DNA of 45,117 bases from Candidatus Thorarchaeota archaeon (GCA_048882325.1 JBHLRS010000001.1:149657-194773); one strand, 5' to 3'; numbered from the stretch's first letter, positions 1 to 8,931 are shown. Numbers and translations are program-made. Notes: generated from the letters alone by a model not told the origin.

Positions 1-645
1 CGGATTCAAGTCTGAGGGATTCCAGCTGATCGAATGTCCTGTGGTTCCTTCATCATATAGAACATCTGCTGGACTGTCAATTGTTGGATTTGTTGCGTCA
101 TACACGATCACATAGACTGTATCAATAGCTGTGTTAGAACCTACGTCTGTGACAATGATTGTGTAGTTATACGTACCAACAGCTAGTCCATCTACTATGA
201 TTGAAATTGTTTCAATACTTGTGTTCCATGTTCCTGACTTAACCGATACTCCCTCTCGATAGATAATATAGCCTGAAGGATGATCATCTGTCGGATCCCA
301 TGTTATTGAAAATCCTGTAACTCCTTCACTATATGTCACATTTGCGGGACTATCAATGCTAGGTGGTGTTCCGTCCAGAACCGTGACGTTCACTTGATCA
401 GAAGCTGAATTGCCAGCGGTATCCCATACTTCCAGTGTTATGTTGTGTGTTCCAAGTCCAAGAGAACTGAGCTGTGCAGTAATCGGAGATCCATCCCATG
501 AGCCACTTTGCCAAGAAACACTATCATCAAAGAGTTCGTATGAACTTGGATTTGCGTCTGAAGGACTCCATGTTATGTTCTTAGTAACATCACCCTCAGA
601 GATTATCATGTCTGAAGGGCTGTCAATAGTTGGCGGAGTGGTGTC
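1..645 (-). repeat. Tandem ~90-92 aa Ig-like protein repeats (two complete, one partial)
   Basis: Repeat starts at 645, 375 and 99 (spacing 270 and 276 nt). Shared pattern D-x-T-x-P-x-I-D-S-P...EG...I-x-W-x-P-x-D-x-x-P...SG-x-W...G-T-(H/Y)-N-x-T-x-x-V-x-D. Confidence 0.8.
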
Positions 646-1137
646 TGAAAGCGTGACTGATACTGATACATCAAGTTTTTGAGAAACTTTTTCTATCGTA
701 GCGGATTTACCTGCTGCGGTCCAGATTCTTAGAGTCCAAGTGCCAACTGCGAGGGGTGTAAACGCTATTGTTGTTGTAATCTGGACATCATTCGCATTTG
801 AGTCTCCAACTCCATTGTCAATAACTGTCGTCGGGTCCACAAATGAAAACTGATTATTATCTGCCCATCCACTCGACACTTTTACAGCCATACTTCCGCC
901 TACTGCATCTCCAACAAGTGATGCTGCATCAATGACCAATGAAAATTGTATACCAACTTTAGCGTTGACTGTCCCAGTTGCGTTGGATGATATTGTCATT
1001 AGCGATAATGTATCATTATGACATGCATTGCACTCATTACTCTGACTTGGACGACCTAATGCAGAATATGCTCCTGCAATCATAACAATAAGCGTGCATA
1101 CAACGATAGTAATCGTCAGTCTATTGGACTTTTTCAT
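1..1137 (-). CDS. Secreted/surface protein with N-terminal CxxCH motif and tandem Ig-like repeats (partial, runs off the left edge)
   Basis: Not in the ORF track. Hand translation from ATG 1137 is open for 379 codons to position 1: MKKSNRLTITIVVCTLIVMIAGAYSALG (signal peptide-like), then RPSQSNECNACH, a beta-rich domain, and repeats starting DTTPPTIDSP, DGTPPSIDSP and DATNPTIDSP. Confidence 0.85.
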   Translation of the reverse strand, partial: MKKSNRLTITIVVCTLIVMIAGAYSALGRPSQSNECNACHNDTLSLMTISSNATGTVNAKVGIQFSLVIDAASLVGDAVGGSMAVKVSSGWADNNQFSFVDPTTVIDNGVGDSNANDVQITTTIAFTPLAVGTWTLRIWTAAGKSATIEKVSQKLDVSVSVTLSDTTPPTIDSPSDMIISEGDVTKNITWSPSDANPSSYELFDDSVSWQSGSWDGSPITAQLSSLGLGTHNITLEVWDTAGNSASDQVNVTVLDGTPPSIDSPANVTYSEGVTGFSITWDPTDDHPSGYIIYREGVSVKSGTWNTSIETISIIVDGLAVGTYNYTIIVTDVGSNTAIDTVYVIVYDATNPTIDSPADVLYDEGTTGHSISWNPSDLNP

Positions 1138-1449
1138 TGTGTTCACTCTATACTATCGAATGTTTACAAATTGAAACATTGAACATCGAAGTAATAGCAT
1201 ATATATTTCAATCTGTAACAAATGCATTTCTTTAAAGAACGAAATCTAACTATTATCGGAATACACAAAGGGATAAGGAGAAACAAGTCAGATACTGAAA
1301 GAGGCTTTGTTAATACCGATATTTTCTATTCGACACCAGTCATTATCTCGGTTCATCATGGGATTGCGCTCCCTCGCTAGGTTTTTATCTTACTATTTTC
1401 CAATCGACAGACTGTAAGCAGCTCTGTTCATGGGCTGGAGTGTGCACTC

Positions 1450-3390
1450 ATGGTCTTGAAACCAAAATACAATGAGAAACTCGCTGAGATATTTGGTGAC
1501 CGTCTACTTACAGAGAAGCATGAATTGGTTCTCTCGGCCTTAGACGTTGGGTCTTTACCAAAACAAGTGGGTTGGCTCATGAACACCACCCCTGACGCAA
1601 TTGTCCAACCGCTATCGCCGGAAGAGATCAGTGCTCTATACAAGTTCTGTCAGAAAACAAAGATTCCTTTAGTGCCGAGAGGAGCAGGGACCTCAGGTTA
1701 TGGAGGTGCCATACCTCGAAAGGGTGGAATTGTTGTTGACATACGTCGTATGAACAGAATCCTTGAAGTTGACGAGGAGAACATGACAGTCACTGTGGAA
1801 CCTGGTATCTCTTGGGCCAATCTTCAGTTTGAGTTGAATAGGAAAGGCCTGGATATTCGCTGCTATCCTTCCTCAGGTCTTTCAGCTACAATAGGTGGTT
1901 GGGTTGCTCAGGGAGGAGACGGTATCGGGTCTCTAAAGTATGGAAACGTCAACAAGAATGTTGACAAGATGGAAGTGGTTTTACCAACTGGTAAGATCGT
2001 CAAGACCCAAGACTGTGACTTATTCTGTGACACAGAGGGAATTCTTGGTATCATCACCAAGGTCACACTGAAGATCAAGACCCTCACTCCAATGAAGGTT
2101 GTCGTGTCCAGTTTCGAAGAAAATTATCAGATGGTGCTAGCAATCGAGAAGATACTCGAGGACGGACCGCTCCCCTTTACTATCAAGTTTGAAGAGTCCA
2201 AGTACACTGACCTCAAGAAGGCGATCTGGGAAGGTCATGGGCCATTCCCAATACCCGTGCATCATGGAACGATCATGGTTGTCTATGAGGGCGATGAGGA
2301 CGAGATAGAGGAGGGTGTAAGAGTAGTTGAGGAAGCCACCGAGATGTACAGGGGTGTCGTCTATGGCGAGGATGTCGCTGAACATGAATGGAATGACCGC
2401 TTCTACCCAATGAAAATCAAGAAGAAGGGACCGACCCTAGTTGTGGGTCAAGCATTCGCACCTTTAGAGAATCTCGCGGCTGTACTTGATGACTTCCAGT
2501 TCGAACAGGCTTCAGCAAAGGCTGGAATTGACGGATATGTAAACTCAAAGACCGGGGTTACCATGATGGGATACTTCCTGGAGGATGAACGAAGAAGATT
2601 CTACATGCTCTCATGGTCCCAGAGCTTTGTCATATTCAAGATTGCACAACGTCACGGCGGACACGTACACTCAACGGGAATCTGGTTCGCCAATTACGCT
2701 TCGCAGTACTTTGGCCAACAACGATTGGCACGTATTCGAGCTGCCAAAATCAAGTGGGACAAGAGGGAGATATCCAATCCCGGAAAGATTTTCGCGTATT
2801 GGCTCCCATTCATACTTAGGATTGGCAAGTACTTTATGTGGATATTCTTCGACCTATTCCGAAATGGCTTTGGTCGAATCGCACCTATACTTCTCAAGTG
2901 GCTGCAGAACGTGCCTCCTCTGAAGTGGATGCTCAGATGGGGCAGGGCTCACAGTCCATGGCCGATGCAATACGGCATCGGCTGCTGCATGGTCGACGGT
3001 GCCGCAGGAATTGCACCTCGATGGGACTTTGAGAGGTTCGGTATGCTCCCGCTCTTTGGGCCACGTCAGACCGATGTGCTGTGGATCTCAGGTTCACTGA
3101 CCAAGAAGATGGCTCCACGACTCAGACGTATCTATGAGCAGATGCCTGAGCCCAAGTACGTCATCGCATTCGGGCAGTGCGTCGCCTCTGGTGGTCTCTT
3201 CTGGGAAGGGTACAGTCTCCAAACACCACCTGACACTGTTGTGCCTGTGGATGTCTATCTTCCAGGCTGTCCTCCAAAACCTGCAGACTTCATCAGGGCG
3301 CACCTGATTTTGCAGAACAAGATACGTGCAGGGACAACCCACTGGCAGAAGAAATACGAGAATCAAGACGCGATGGGGATGATACAATGA
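1450..3390 (+). CDS. nuoB: Fusion of a GlcD/D-lactate dehydrogenase-like FAD-linked oxidoreductase (N-terminal ~446 aa) with complex I subunit NuoB (C-terminal ~150 aa)
   Basis: N-terminal PCMH/VAO-type FAD motifs: PDAIVQP, VPRGAGTS, ATIGGWVA, TEGILGIITKVTLK, NPGK. C-terminal NuoB motifs: GIGCCM (tandem Cys), PRQTDVLWISG, RIYEQMPEPKYVIAFGQC, DVYLPGCPP. One uninterrupted frame. Confidence 0.92.
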   Translation: MVLKPKYNEKLAEIFGDRLLTEKHELVLSALDVGSLPKQVGWLMNTTPDAIVQPLSPEEISALYKFCQKTKIPLVPRGAGTSGYGGAIPRKGGIVVDIRRMNRILEVDEENMTVTVEPGISWANLQFELNRKGLDIRCYPSSGLSATIGGWVAQGGDGIGSLKYGNVNKNVDKMEVVLPTGKIVKTQDCDLFCDTEGILGIITKVTLKIKTLTPMKVVVSSFEENYQMVLAIEKILEDGPLPFTIKFEESKYTDLKKAIWEGHGPFPIPVHHGTIMVVYEGDEDEIEEGVRVVEEATEMYRGVVYGEDVAEHEWNDRFYPMKIKKKGPTLVVGQAFAPLENLAAVLDDFQFEQASAKAGIDGYVNSKTGVTMMGYFLEDERRRFYMLSWSQSFVIFKIAQRHGGHVHSTGIWFANYASQYFGQQRLARIRAAKIKWDKREISNPGKIFAYWLPFILRIGKYFMWIFFDLFRNGFGRIAPILLKWLQNVPPLKWMLRWGRAHSPWPMQYGIGCCMVDGAAGIAPRWDFERFGMLPLFGPRQTDVLWISGSLTKKMAPRLRRIYEQMPEPKYVIAFGQCVASGGLFWEGYSLQTPPDTVVPVDVYLPGCPPKPADFIRAHLILQNKIRAGTTHWQKKYENQDAMGMIQ

Positions 3391-3959
3391 AGTTACAACA
3401 AGATAGTGATCCATATTGCATGCTGTTCTTGGGCCTTGTCATCCTGACAGCATTCATCTTCAACTTCGTCTATCTTGGTTTCTTGATACCTTCTGCATCG
3501 TTATTCATTGCAGGTTCTTTGAGCTCGTTGATTGCTGGAATGTCTATTGTAATGGTCTTCTGTCTGATTGGATACCTCAGACCCGAGAAGGGGAAAGGAA
3601 AGAACCTGATGTTCGGGCTATCAGTCTTAGTTGGATTTTTCTATGTGGTGTTTGTCGACCGGTTTGCGTTTGAAGTACCAGCGGCAGGTGACACTCTATA
3701 TCTAGCCTTCTGGGGACTTGGAGGTTGTATCCTTACAGCAGCAGGGTTCTCAATGATGCACAATCGCGAGGAGAGCTACTCTCCGGGAATCATGGACGTT
3801 AGTGCACTTCACTACGGTCCAGAACCGGAACCCGAGCCTGAGCCCGAGTTGGAAGAAGAGGTTGCAGTTGAACCAGAAGCAGAACTAACAATCGTGGAAA
3901 CCACTGAGGAGGTAGAAACTCCCAGTGAACCAGCTACTGATGTTGCTTCTGAAGAGTGA
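3387..3959 (+). CDS. Hypothetical ~4-TM membrane protein with Pro/Glu-rich acidic tail
   Basis: Four hydrophobic segments and a PEPEPEPEPELEEE tail. ATGA overlap with the stop of the nuoB fusion. Confidence 0.8.
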   Translation: MKLQQDSDPYCMLFLGLVILTAFIFNFVYLGFLIPSASLFIAGSLSSLIAGMSIVMVFCLIGYLRPEKGKGKNLMFGLSVLVGFFYVVFVDRFAFEVPAAGDTLYLAFWGLGGCILTAAGFSMMHNREESYSPGIMDVSALHYGPEPEPEPEPELEEEVAVEPEAELTIVETTEEVETPSEPATDVASEE

Positions 3960-3969
3960 ATACAAATAT

Positions 3970-4335
3970 CTACTCGTTGAGCCAATTGAATGCAGCAAAT
4001 CCGATGAGCAGACCAAATGCCATTATTGCAAACAGGATTATTGCTGTGAAGAGTGTATACATGGTGAATAAGAGGTAGACATGAATACCTCCGAGAATCC
4101 CTGTGAGCATTGTAAGTCCCACTCTACTGGATCGAGTATTGGCCATAGCGAATCCGAATGAAGCAACTACGAAAAGCATTCCACCCAGAACAAGGAACCA
4201 ATAGAAGAGAATATTCGTTACGACGACTGTTGTGGTCATGAGTGTCCAGAAATAGACTCCCAGTAGTGCCATCCCAATCAATAATGCCAGATAATAGAAG
4301 AATGTGCCTTCTTCGCCACGAACCAAGTGTATCAC
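3970..4335 (-). CDS. Hypothetical small ~4-TM membrane protein
   Basis: 121 aa, almost entirely hydrophobic helices. Convergent on 3387-3959 with a 10-nt gap. Start codon uncertain (GTG or TTG). Confidence 0.7.
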   Translation of the reverse strand: MIHLVRGEEGTFFYYLALLIGMALLGVYFWTLMTTTVVVTNILFYWFLVLGGMLFVVASFGFAMANTRSSRVGLTMLTGILGGIHVYLLFTMYTLFTAIILFAIMAFGLLIGFAAFNWLNE

Positions 4336-4696
4336 CTGAAATCATAGAGTAGTAAACTGAGATGTTGTTCCGTGCCCCGTGATATATAACTGCTTTGAGT
4401 CTCCAAAAACCCGAATGGTTTTTATCACGGTATTTTTCTACGGCTTCAAGTTTCAGAGTAGATGGTCGGACAATAAACCTCAAAATGGAGTTCTAAAATG
4501 GCCCCTAGAATCCAATTCCGTCAGGTTATTGTCCTGTCATTACGCTGATAACTTAGCACAGAAGGAACCGTGAACCAATGAACAGCAAAACTCGATGTCT
4601 GACTCCTTTTGTCGGTATCTTCAATAACCGCCGTGTTCCGTTCGATGCTATAAATCTCGATACTTGTAAAGTAAAATCAGAGGACGGTCTCAAACT

Positions 4697-5164
4697 ATGA
4701 TGCAGGTGGAAGATAGATTATTTGCCCTTTTCATCCCTGTTTTGATTTGGGCTCTTTTGGCAGTGGTCCTTGTTGTTGTGATGCTCCTTGCATCCTGGGT
4801 ATTGCGACCGCATGTCTTACAAAACTCTGAGAAGACATCTTCCTATGAATGTGGTGAGGAACCTGTGGGACCTGCTCGCATCTCGTATCCGTATAATTAC
4901 TTCATCTATACTGTCCTTTTCGTGGTTGTAGATGTGATGGGGGCATTTCTCTGGCTCATCACTGCTTCAGACATACTTTGGGAAAGTGGTGCTGAAACTG
5001 TTCTGTGGCAACTCACAATTTTCGTTATGATTGTCATGGGCGGAATTGCTTATGTCATGAGAAATCTCCCTGATGCAGCGTTGGACGGGAAGGAAACCCT
5101 TGAAGTCTACCGAAAGGCCAAGGCTGAGAGAGAGCAAGAACAGCATATTGTAGGGGGTCACTGA
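4697..5164 (+). CDS. nuoA: Complex I-like subunit A
   Basis: Three TM helices, KTSSYECGEEP loop, YTVLFVVVDV. Confidence 0.92.
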   Translation: MMQVEDRLFALFIPVLIWALLAVVLVVVMLLASWVLRPHVLQNSEKTSSYECGEEPVGPARISYPYNYFIYTVLFVVVDVMGAFLWLITASDILWESGAETVLWQLTIFVMIVMGGIAYVMRNLPDAALDGKETLEVYRKAKAEREQEQHIVGGH

Positions 5165-5166
5165 TC

Positions 5167-5817
5167 ATGCTACAAAGTGTAAGTGAATTTCTTGATGCAA
5201 TGGAACCAGTAGAGTTTCTTCTGATTGCAGGAGTAGTGTTAGTACTTGCCTATCTTGCCCTCGAACACAAAGAGATAGTCTATGCAGCATTCTTCTTTGG
5301 CTTTATGGCGTCCTTTGTGGCTGGGTTCTTCCTCCTCCTTGAAGCACCTTTCATTGCAGGGATGCAGATTGCCGTCTATACTGGTGGTATTAGTGCACTC
5401 ATTATTTTCGCAGTACTACTTCTTCCGAGAGCACAAGATTCCTCTCTGGAAATATTTACAACTCCTCGAAAACGTCAGGTAGGACTCCTGATGGCTGCCA
5501 TGGTAATGATACTTTCAGGTATCCTTGCATTGATTTTCCCATGGGCTGAGTCATTTGAACAGTCCTTAATTGAGGTATCAAACGACCTGAATGAACTTGC
5601 TAGGTGGCTATGGTCAGACGGTGGCATCTATGTTCAGATGATTGGTCTGATCATGATCACATCATTGGTTGGTGCCATTGCACTTCTGAAGATGGACAAG
5701 GCTGAACAACTATCTTCAATTAAAGGTGAGTTTGGGATAGAAGCTGTTCTCGAATTTGAAGAATTGGAATCTGTCGATGAGGAATCGACGCCTATAGATG
5801 AGGAGGTGGATGACTGA
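5167..5817 (+). CDS. nuoJ: Complex I-like subunit J
   Basis: APFIAGMQIAVYTGGISALIIFAVLL motif; five TM helices; acidic tail. Confidence 0.88.
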   Translation: MLQSVSEFLDAMEPVEFLLIAGVVLVLAYLALEHKEIVYAAFFFGFMASFVAGFFLLLEAPFIAGMQIAVYTGGISALIIFAVLLLPRAQDSSLEIFTTPRKRQVGLLMAAMVMILSGILALIFPWAESFEQSLIEVSNDLNELARWLWSDGGIYVQMIGLIMITSLVGAIALLKMDKAEQLSSIKGEFGIEAVLEFEELESVDEESTPIDEEVDD

Positions 5818-6128
5818 TGGTCCCACTATCTTGGTATCTTGTCCTCTCATTCATGATGATTGGCTTAGGAGGTTATGGCATGATGGTCAAGAGAAACCTC
5901 ATCAGGATTCTCATTGGTGCTGAGATCATGGGTAATGGAGTCAACATTGCTCTTGTAGCTATGTCTCTCTATAGCCCCTCGTTTTCATTCACTGGTCAAG
6001 GATTGATAATACTCATCATTTCTGTTGCAGCAGCACATACTGCCTTGGCTCTAGTTCTGATGCTGATGTACAACCGTCGTTATGATACGGTGGATCTTGG
6101 ACAACCAATCAAAACGGAGGAAACATAG
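5817..6128 (+). CDS. nuoK: Complex I-like subunit K
   Basis: KRNLIRILIGAEIM...GQ...VAAAHTALAL; three TM helices. The second conserved Glu (AAAE) is His here. Confidence 0.92.
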   Translation: MVPLSWYLVLSFMMIGLGGYGMMVKRNLIRILIGAEIMGNGVNIALVAMSLYSPSFSFTGQGLIILIISVAAAHTALALVLMLMYNRRYDTVDLGQPIKTEET

Positions 6129-6635
6129 ATGTCAACAATTGGCAGAGCCATAATCAACAAAGTTCCTGAAGTGACTTCCAATCCGTTGGGTGAAAATAAG
6201 ATAGAGCTAGTTGTTCCGGTTGAGAAGATTCGAGATGTTGTCACGATTATTGAGCAGGAGCTTGAAGATGCATTACCCGAATCTGTGTTTGGTGTAGACC
6301 TCGAGAATGACAAATATGAACTCATCTACATCTTCTGGTCGTGGTCCACTCGGCAGCTAGTTCAACTAAGAGTTGCTCTCGAGGGAGAGAAACCTGAGAT
6401 TGAGAGTGTTTGTGACATATTTCCTGGACTCGAATGGCATGAAAGAGAATTCAGAGAGATGTTTGGAATAGACGTTAGGAATCACCCAGACCCACGGCTC
6501 TTTTTACTACCAGATGAACTCGATGGAGCATATCCAATGCGCAAGCGGTTCAAGACAGACCAAAGTAGACTTCAGGAGACCGGCATTGCACCTCCAAAAC
6601 CTCGACCTAAACCGGAAGGAGGTGACAGCCAGTGA
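6129..6635 (+). CDS. nuoC: Complex I-like subunit C
   Basis: WHEREFREMFGI...HPDPR...YPMRK motif. Confidence 0.92.
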   Translation: MSTIGRAIINKVPEVTSNPLGENKIELVVPVEKIRDVVTIIEQELEDALPESVFGVDLENDKYELIYIFWSWSTRQLVQLRVALEGEKPEIESVCDIFPGLEWHEREFREMFGIDVRNHPDPRLFLLPDELDGAYPMRKRFKTDQSRLQETGIAPPKPRPKPEGGDSQ

Positions 6636-7768
6636 GCCCTGACATTCTTGACGAAGCAATGGAAATCTGGTTCGGTCCTCAGCATGTATCTGCTCACGGT
6701 TGGGCCACCAAATTGACCTTAGTGGGTGACTACATCGTGGAGTGTGACCCGAATGCCGGTTACTTCCACAGGTCTGCTGAGAAAGTCCTTGAGTTCAAGA
6801 ACTTCAGACAAGGTTCACTTGTTCTAGAAAGGATGTGCATGCTTGAAGCATTCCTTGCTGAGCATCCCTATGTTGCGGCTGTCGAGAAAATCGCTGAGAT
6901 AGATGTTCCTGAACGTGCCAAAGTCATGAGGACAATCATGATGGAATTGTCACGACTTCACAGCATCCAGTTCTGGTGGGGCCAATTCAACGCTGAGTTA
7001 GGATTCTTCACAATGGCACTCTGGCCATGGGTTGACCGAGAATATTCACTAGATGTATTTGAAGAGCTTACGGGCTCACGACACACGGTATCCTTCTCGA
7101 CTCCAGGTGGTGTGAAGTACGACTTTAATGACAAATTCATGGACAGACTCCACAGAGCTGTTGATCGATTCGAAGATCGCTTGGCTAAATTCAGAGATAT
7201 GCAGATGGGTAGTCCGACATTTCGAGCGAGAACTGAGGATATCGGTCTCTATGATTATAAACAAGGACTCAAGTGGGGACTGAGTGGTCCTCCGATAAAA
7301 GCATGTGGAATTCCTATGGATCTGAGAAAGGATGATCCAGATCCGAATCTTGCGTATGATATGGTTGACTTTGAGGTTCCTATTACTGAGAATCCGGAGC
7401 ATCCTGGTCAGAGTGACGCTCTCGACAGAATGGAACAGAGGTTCAAGGAAGCTGAGGTTGCTGTCGATATTGTGAAGCAGCTCCTACCCCAGATTCCTGA
7501 TGGTCCAATAGTAGATCCAAAAGCTCGGGGAAAGGCAAACCGACTTCCTGAAGGAGAAGCCTATGCTCGAATTGAAGGAACACGTGGTGTCACTTCATTA
7601 TGGCTTAAAACACAAGAAAAGGCACAGACTGCGTATCGAGCAAAGATACGCGGACCATGCATCGCCTCATACTATGCATTGAAAGATTTGGTGCCCGGTT
7701 CGAAGTTTGCTGACTTTATTGTAATATTTGGAAGCCTAGATCCTTATCCGGGGTGGTGGGATCGCTGA
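6632..7768 (+). CDS. nuoD: Complex I-like subunit D (no NiFe-binding CxxC pairs)
   Basis: GPQHVSAHG, GYFHRSAEK, ELSRLHS, EELTGSR, PGGV, DLRK, EGTRG, RGP, terminal DR. GTG start overlaps the nuoC stop. Confidence 0.9.
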   Translation: MSPDILDEAMEIWFGPQHVSAHGWATKLTLVGDYIVECDPNAGYFHRSAEKVLEFKNFRQGSLVLERMCMLEAFLAEHPYVAAVEKIAEIDVPERAKVMRTIMMELSRLHSIQFWWGQFNAELGFFTMALWPWVDREYSLDVFEELTGSRHTVSFSTPGGVKYDFNDKFMDRLHRAVDRFEDRLAKFRDMQMGSPTFRARTEDIGLYDYKQGLKWGLSGPPIKACGIPMDLRKDDPDPNLAYDMVDFEVPITENPEHPGQSDALDRMEQRFKEAEVAVDIVKQLLPQIPDGPIVDPKARGKANRLPEGEAYARIEGTRGVTSLWLKTQEKAQTAYRAKIRGPCIASYYALKDLVPGSKFADFIVIFGSLDPYPGWWDR

Positions 7769-7779
7769 TGGGAGGTGTC

Positions 7780-8928
7780 ATGTTGCAGTTCGACTTCTTC
7801 GCTTGGCTTTCTGGAATTCCTCAATGGCTTGAGGATTTCCTCTTGCACTTGTGGACAATTGCAAAAGGCATAATCTGGTGGATTTGGGGAATCATCCAAT
7901 GGATCTGGAGCGCAATCTTTGTTCCTAGGAATTTCTTCTTCCTTTTCAGAGCAGTTCTCTTTCCGGGGCTTGTATTTGTTATCATGGCTCTGATATGGGC
8001 TGTTTGGTTTACACGCAAACTTTGGGGCAGAATCCAAGACAGACGTGGTCCAGTTCATATGGGTAAATATGGAGGACTTCAGCTCTTTGCTGATGCCATC
8101 AAATTGATTGCAAAAGAAACCATAATTCCTGAAAAAGCCAAACGTTGGATGTTCAGGTTCCTTCCAGGACTCCTGCTAGTGATTGTCCTATTGCCTTTCG
8201 CCTTCATCCCGTGGGACACTGTTTCCGCGGTAGATGGAGGATGGGCAATTGCTGACCTCTCAGTCAGTCTTGTACTTGTGTTCGCATTCCTGACAGCTGT
8301 ACCAGTAATCGCTCTGATGGCAGGATGGGTCAGTGGGTCGAAATACACGTTGATTGGTGGATTTAGAGCTGCTAACAACCAGTTCGCTGCAGAGATACCA
8401 ATGATCATCTCCACAATCGGTTGTGCTTTCCTAGCTCGTTCACTAAGTGTGTATGAAATCTCAATGGGTCAGACGGGTATTTGGTATGGAATCCTTCTCC
8501 CGATCAATCTGGCAACTTTCTTGGTTGCTGCAATCGCATCTGTGGGAATCTTCCCCTTCGATGCTCCTGTTGCAGATTCCGAGATCATCTTTGGTTGGAG
8601 GACTGAATACACTGGCATCTACTTCACCCTGACTTATTTTGCAGAGTTTGCTGAGCAAATGCTATACTCGGCTCTCATCGTTGCACTATTCTTGGGTGGT
8701 CCGAATGGGTTCACATTCCTTCCAGGTCCAGTCAACTTCATCATCAAGTTTCTGATCACTTTCTTCTTCTTTGTCCTGGTGAGTTCATCGTTCCAGAGAC
8801 TCAGACAGGACCAGATTGTCCACTACTGCTGGAAGTACCTACTTCCACTAGCAATACTGAACGTCATCGTCATCATGTTCGCGGTAGTCTACTTCCCTGG
8901 ACTGATGGCTGCATTGGGGGTTGGTTAA
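7780..8928 (+). CDS. nuoH: Complex I-like subunit H
   Basis: RKLWGRIQDRRGP, GGLQLFADAIKLIAKE, SKYTLIGGFRA, PFDAPVADSE, TEYTG, RLRQDQ. Start moved to ATG 7780 behind a GGAGGTG RBS-like motif. Confidence 0.92.
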   Translation: MLQFDFFAWLSGIPQWLEDFLLHLWTIAKGIIWWIWGIIQWIWSAIFVPRNFFFLFRAVLFPGLVFVIMALIWAVWFTRKLWGRIQDRRGPVHMGKYGGLQLFADAIKLIAKETIIPEKAKRWMFRFLPGLLLVIVLLPFAFIPWDTVSAVDGGWAIADLSVSLVLVFAFLTAVPVIALMAGWVSGSKYTLIGGFRAANNQFAAEIPMIISTIGCAFLARSLSVYEISMGQTGIWYGILLPINLATFLVAAIASVGIFPFDAPVADSEIIFGWRTEYTGIYFTLTYFAEFAEQMLYSALIVALFLGGPNGFTFLPGPVNFIIKFLITFFFFVLVSSSFQRLRQDQIVHYCWKYLLPLAILNVIVIMFAVVYFPGLMAALGVG

Positions 8929-8931
8929 ACA

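Noticed and set aside
4379-4573. Short ORFs in the gap before nuoA (also 4124-4483 on the minus strand)
   Set aside because: No motifs and atypical composition; more likely promoter DNA.
6632-7768. Group 4 [NiFe]-hydrogenase large subunit
   Set aside because: Only one Cys at the N-terminal motif and none at the C-terminal DPCxxC position; the partner NuoB has tandem CC.
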